DNA of 48,434 bases from a virus (Duplodnaviria; Caudoviricetes): the IMG/VR virus record IMGVR_UViG_3300032259_000006, positions 1 through 48,434 of that record. One strand, 5' to 3'. Below are positions 44,785 to 48,434 of the stretch, piece after piece. Positions within the stretch are counted from its first letter, which is position 1, and the number at the start of each line of letters is the position of its first letter. The position numbers and the translations under genes were made by a program. The notes under the pieces are model-generated. The model had not been told where the DNA came from. It saw nothing but the letters and a program-made list of their open reading frames with translations, and did not search any database.

Positions 44785-45966
44785 CTACTGTAGCCGCTGC
44801 TGAGCTTGGGCCGCGATGAAGTCAATTTTCGCCAGCTTTGCGGCATTAAGCTCGCGGCGGAAGTTGGGGTCTTTGGCGCGACTGACCATGTACTCCAGCT
44901 CATCGCGCTTCATCTCGTTGATGTAGCTTTCGGCGCGGATGAATTCGGCAACAGCGCGATCATGCGCCGGATCTACCTTCTTGTTCGCCTCGCGCTCTGC
45001 CGCCTCGCGCTCTAACGCCTTCCGCCTGTCTTCCATCGCCGTTACGCGCTGGTACTCGTCTTGGCGGCTGGCAATCCCTTCCACCCGCGGGCGCGGAAGG
45101 GGCTGCGAGTGGTCGGCAGACGCAGCAATATCTTCCGCCTGCGTCCGCTGCGCCTCAGTGACAAGCCCGCCGCTGGGGTTCGGCGACTGGCTGCCAGCCT
45201 CAAGCTCTGCGGCGAGTCCGTCGAATTTCGACCCATTCCCGGCGAGATCGCCTTCGCTCGGCACGTAGTCGAACTTTGCGCCGGGAACCAACCGGTACCC
45301 GGTCTGATCAAGCCACTGCGAAAACCGCCGACTGACCTTCGAGCGCGCCTGGTCGATGTTGGATTGCAGCTCGCTCATATACGCGGCGTCTTGTTCCTCC
45401 CCTGACTTCTCCTGCTCCATTGCAAGCTTCATCTGCCAATCGTCAATCATGGCATTGAGTTCTTGCGTGTCGCCGGATCGGTTCAAGTCAGTTCGCTGGT
45501 ACGAATCCCATAGACCTTTCTCGGTGTACTGCCCGCCGTGGTCCTTGTGCGTGAACGTCGGCCCATCGCTCGGCTTGCCGCCGCGGCCGGACGCTTTTGC
45601 ATCATCGATAAGGCCGGGGGCGGGGCCGGTGACTTTCTCCAAAGACTCGCCATCTGGCGTGCGACGCATCTGCTGCAACCGCCCATCCGGCCCGACAACG
45701 CGCCCGACAGTTTTGCCGGCCGCTCCGAAGTGCATATCGGACACGGCATCGCCGCGGTTCCGCGTGTACCGCACGCCTTCCGCCTCGGCAGCGCGGCCCT
45801 CGGCGCGAACGGTCATGTCCTCGAAGCGCCCCTCGGAACGGATTTTCGCCTCTTCAATTCGCGCATCGCGCTCCTTTTGAAGAACATCCTGATACCACGT
45901 CTGACCTACCGCCGTCGCGCCGGTGCCGAGGCCGCCAATTGCGCCGATCAACCCAAGCTTCGCCAT
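44785..45966 (-). CDS. Probable internal virion (ejection) protein
   Basis: Gly-rich hydrophobic N-terminus then charged helices; directly upstream of the giant protein. Confidence 0.65.
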   Translation of the reverse strand: MAKLGLIGAIGGLGTGATAVGQTWYQDVLQKERDARIEEAKIRSEGRFEDMTVRAEGRAAEAEGVRYTRNRGDAVSDMHFGAAGKTVGRVVGPDGRLQQMRRTPDGESLEKVTGPAPGLIDDAKASGRGGKPSDGPTFTHKDHGGQYTEKGLWDSYQRTDLNRSGDTQELNAMIDDWQMKLAMEQEKSGEEQDAAYMSELQSNIDQARSKVSRRFSQWLDQTGYRLVPGAKFDYVPSEGDLAGNGSKFDGLAAELEAGSQSPNPSGGLVTEAQRTQAEDIAASADHSQPLPRPRVEGIASRQDEYQRVTAMEDRRKALEREAAEREANKKVDPAHDRAVAEFIRAESYINEMKRDELEYMVSRAKDPNFRRELNAAKLAKIDFIAAQAQQRLQ

Positions 45967-46517
45967 TACGCCACTCCCTGCGGCACGCCTTGGGTGGCCG
46001 CGTTCGGATCAATGCCAAGCTCGGCAGCGCTGCCCAAGGCTTCTTCCGGGGTCGCGCCGCCGCCCTTCGTTGCGGCGACAAGCGCCTGCGCACCGACCGA
46101 CCACGCCTCCTGCACCGCGTCGTCGGAAACTTCGGCCATGCCGCTGGACTCAACGGCATCGGCCAATTCTTCGACAACTTCTTCGAGTGCGGCGAGCACA
46201 ATGTCACCGTCGTCAATGCCGAGCTGCTTGACGCACGCATCGACGATTGACGCCGCGACGTTGCCGATGGCCTGCTGCGGTGGCTCGTTACTGTTGATCA
46301 GGCCGACTATGGCATCGAATATATCCTTGCCGAACGCTTTTTCGAGACACGCTTGGGTAAGCGCCTCATACGACTCCTGCTCTTCCGGAGTCGGGGCCGC
46401 GTCGTCTTGAAGCTGGATCACGTCGCCGGTTGCGCCCGGCAATTCCGGCGCGGGCGACTGCTTTCGACGAACGCTCCGAGCGCCGGAAACGAGCCCTGCC
46501 GTTCTGCCCTTTTTCAT
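45966..46517 (-). CDS. Acidic virion-module protein
   Basis: ATG 46517 in an ATGA overlap; ATPEEQESYE motif. Confidence 0.65.
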   Translation of the reverse strand: MKKGRTAGLVSGARSVRRKQSPAPELPGATGDVIQLQDDAAPTPEEQESYEALTQACLEKAFGKDIFDAIVGLINSNEPPQQAIGNVAASIVDACVKQLGIDDGDIVLAALEEVVEELADAVESSGMAEVSDDAVQEAWSVGAQALVAATKGGGATPEEALGSAAELGIDPNAATQGVPQGVA

Positions 46518-47416
46518 GCGTATTCCCACCGTTTCGTTTCGGAGTTGTAGCGCTTGCGCGCAACGGGCGCGGGAGCTGGGGCGCCGGGGCGCGGCGCTGC
46601 GGTTGTGCCGGGCGCGGCCAAGCCGGGGTTGCCCGCCGAGTTGACCAATCCGCCCTGCGGCGGCACGCTCGGAACTTGCAGGCCGGGCACGCCTTGCGGT
46701 GCAGGCTGATTCTGCCAGTAATCTCCAGTGATGGGCGTGCCGGTGCTGCCGTCTGCGGTTTGCCCCCAATAGGATTGCCGGTCCCGCTCTTCCTGCGCCA
46801 GCCGTTCATCGCGTTCCTGCGCTTCAAGCGCAGCTTGGCCTTGAGCGTAACCAGAAAGAACATTGCCGCCCATAGTCAACCCGGCAGACGCCAGCTTTTC
46901 ATGCTGGCCGATCCACTGCCCGGCCTGCGAGAGCCACGAAGGGCTTGCCGCTGCCGCTTGCGGAACGCCGGCACTGATCGCCGACGAGATAAGGCCACTG
47001 CCGCCAGCCCCGCCGGCGGCCGTTCCCGCGGCACCGCTGATAGCCGTAGGCCCGGCGATCAGGCCGGATGTGCCGGCAGCCCCGGCCGCGCCGCCCGCAC
47101 CGGCGACGGCACCTGCCGCGGGGGCCGCCGAGGCCGCTCCTGCTGCCGCTGCGCCACCGGCGGCCGAGCTACCCGTGGCTGCTGCGGTGCCGGACGCGGC
47201 CGCGCTGCCCGCGCCACCGGCCGCGCCTGTCGCGCCTGTCGCGCTTCCCGCGGCCCCGGCCCCGGCGCCCGCAGTAAAGTAGACCGCGGCGGCAATCGCG
47301 GCGCCCACAATGATTGTGCGGAGTACCTTGTTCTTGAAAACCTTTTTGACCGCGCGGCCGATCTTCTTGAAGCGCTTTACAACGCCCTTCGCGAGTTTCT
47401 TTAGTGCCTTGAACAT
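46514..47416 (-). CDS. Probable DNA pilot/ejection protein
   Basis: Basic amphipathic N-terminus (FKALKKLAKGV..), a TM-like segment and a long Gly/Ala tract. Confidence 0.7.
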   Translation of the reverse strand: MFKALKKLAKGVVKRFKKIGRAVKKVFKNKVLRTIIVGAAIAAAVYFTAGAGAGAAGSATGATGAAGGAGSAAASGTAAATGSSAAGGAAAAGAASAAPAAGAVAGAGGAAGAAGTSGLIAGPTAISGAAGTAAGGAGGSGLISSAISAGVPQAAAASPSWLSQAGQWIGQHEKLASAGLTMGGNVLSGYAQGQAALEAQERDERLAQEERDRQSYWGQTADGSTGTPITGDYWQNQPAPQGVPGLQVPSVPPQGGLVNSAGNPGLAAPGTTAAPRPGAPAPAPVARKRYNSETKRWEYA

Positions 47417-47428
47417 CTCTGAGACCTC

Positions 47429-48434
47429 TTATCTTGCGCCGCCGATTCCGCCCATTCGCCAGCGCTCGCGCTGGGCTTGCTGGGCGCGCAATGTGGCGGC
47501 CCTTCGCTCTTCTTCTCGTCTCAGCCGCTCGCGCTCCAGTCGCGCCGCCTCTGCCGCAACTGCGCCGGATGAGCCGCCCTGCAATGTCGGCGGCGGGGCG
47601 GGCGGCGGAGTCGCCGGCGCCTGTCCGTTCACCAACCCTTGCGCCGTTGTTGCGCCCCACTGGGCAAGCGACTCAGCCTGCTCTTGGGGGATGGCGGCGG
47701 ACTGGCCGGCGCTCGCCGGGGTCTGGCCTTGGCCGGTGCTTGCCGTGCCATTCAGCGCGCCGATTACGCTGGCGTAGTAGTTGCCCCGAGATCGGATTTC
47801 CGACAACGCCGCGGCCTGCTGCTGCGGCGTCAGGTCCGGGTTGTTCAGCACGTTGCCGATGCTCTGCATGGTCAGGCTGTGCATTTGCCCGGCCATCTCT
47901 GTGCGCTCGCGTAGCAGGGTGAATTGCTGCGACATGCGCTCCAGCTCCATTGCGGCATTGTCGTCCAGCCCTTTCAGGAACGCCGCGGCATCCGTTTCAA
48001 TGCGCTGCGCCTCGAAGGCATTCAACTGGCCCGCGTTGTAAGTCGATGCGGCTTGCGCCTGCTGGGCGTTGAACTGCTGGTTCTGCTGCTGCATCTCCGC
48101 AGATTGCGTCGCCGCAGTGAGCTGTTGCTGGGCGTTGAACTGGCTCGCTTGGTTCTGCGCGGTCTGATTCGTCAGATTTTGAGTGTTCAGCGCGCTGGCG
48201 TCTTGCGAGGCTACCGGCAGCGCCGCATCAATGGCCGCGGCTTCCATCGCCGTTCCCGCCATTGTTGAATTCACCAGCCCGCGCGACGCGGCGTGCTGCA
48301 TCCCGCGAGCACGGGCGCGCTGCATGGTCACGCTGTCCTTGTCCAGCATGTTGGCAAGGCGTTCCTCAACCAGCGCATCGTCGCCGACACTGCCGGTCGT
48401 CGCATCGTAGCCGGTCATGGCGATCAGGTTTTGC
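47429..48434 (-). CDS. Probable internal virion protein, likely 5'-truncated
   Basis: SRGLVNSTMA...A.P.ASQDA and QFNAQQ repeats. The frame stays open upstream of ATG 48418 to the window edge. Confidence 0.7.
   Translation of the reverse strand, partial: QNLIAMTGYDATTGSVGDDALVEERLANMLDKDSVTMQRARARGMQHAASRGLVNSTMAGTAMEAAAIDAALPVASQDASALNTQNLTNQTAQNQASQFNAQQQLTAATQSAEMQQQNQQFNAQQAQAASTYNAGQLNAFEAQRIETDAAAFLKGLDDNAAMELERMSQQFTLLRERTEMAGQMHSLTMQSIGNVLNNPDLTPQQQAAALSEIRSRGNYYASVIGALNGTASTGQGQTPASAGQSAAIPQEQAESLAQWGATTAQGLVNGQAPATPPPAPPPTLQGGSSGAVAAEAARLERERLRREEERRAATLRAQQAQRERWRMGGIGGAR

Noticed and set aside
1-48434. Integrase/IntI, reverse transcriptase (DGR or retron), tRNA, endolysin, polymerase
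   Set aside because: No recognisable motifs in this window. They could lie in the part of the genome outside it.

Overview
Most of a GC-rich tailed dsDNA phage genome of podovirus type, cut at both window edges inside virion genes. RdgC, a PagP-like outer-membrane protein and sigma70-type promoters suggest a proteobacterial host. The minus strand at 1-9.9 kb carries packaging and head genes: TerS, TerL, portal, an inserted DNA methyltransferase, scaffold, an N4-gp56-type major capsid, an adaptor and DUF2829/Tad2. The minus strand at 36.4-48.4 kb carries internal virion proteins, including a 2761-aa polyvalent protein with three ART-like domains, a metallopeptidase and a PLxRFG motif. The plus strand at 10.1-36.4 kb carries many small accessory genes followed by recombination and replication genes. 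No integrase, DNA or RNA polymerase, endolysin, tRNA or CRISPR array was recognised. Two unexplained non-coding systems stand out. (1) A ~90-nt antisense small RNA (14206-14297) has its own promoter and terminator, and its GUGGUGGUGG seed is complementary to a CACCACCA motif in many phage leaders. (2) A run of integron attC-like sites with matched 7-bp core boxes brackets small low-GC genes (20.5-22.0 kb), with no integron integrase nearby. All family calls come from motif recognition by eye, not database searches.
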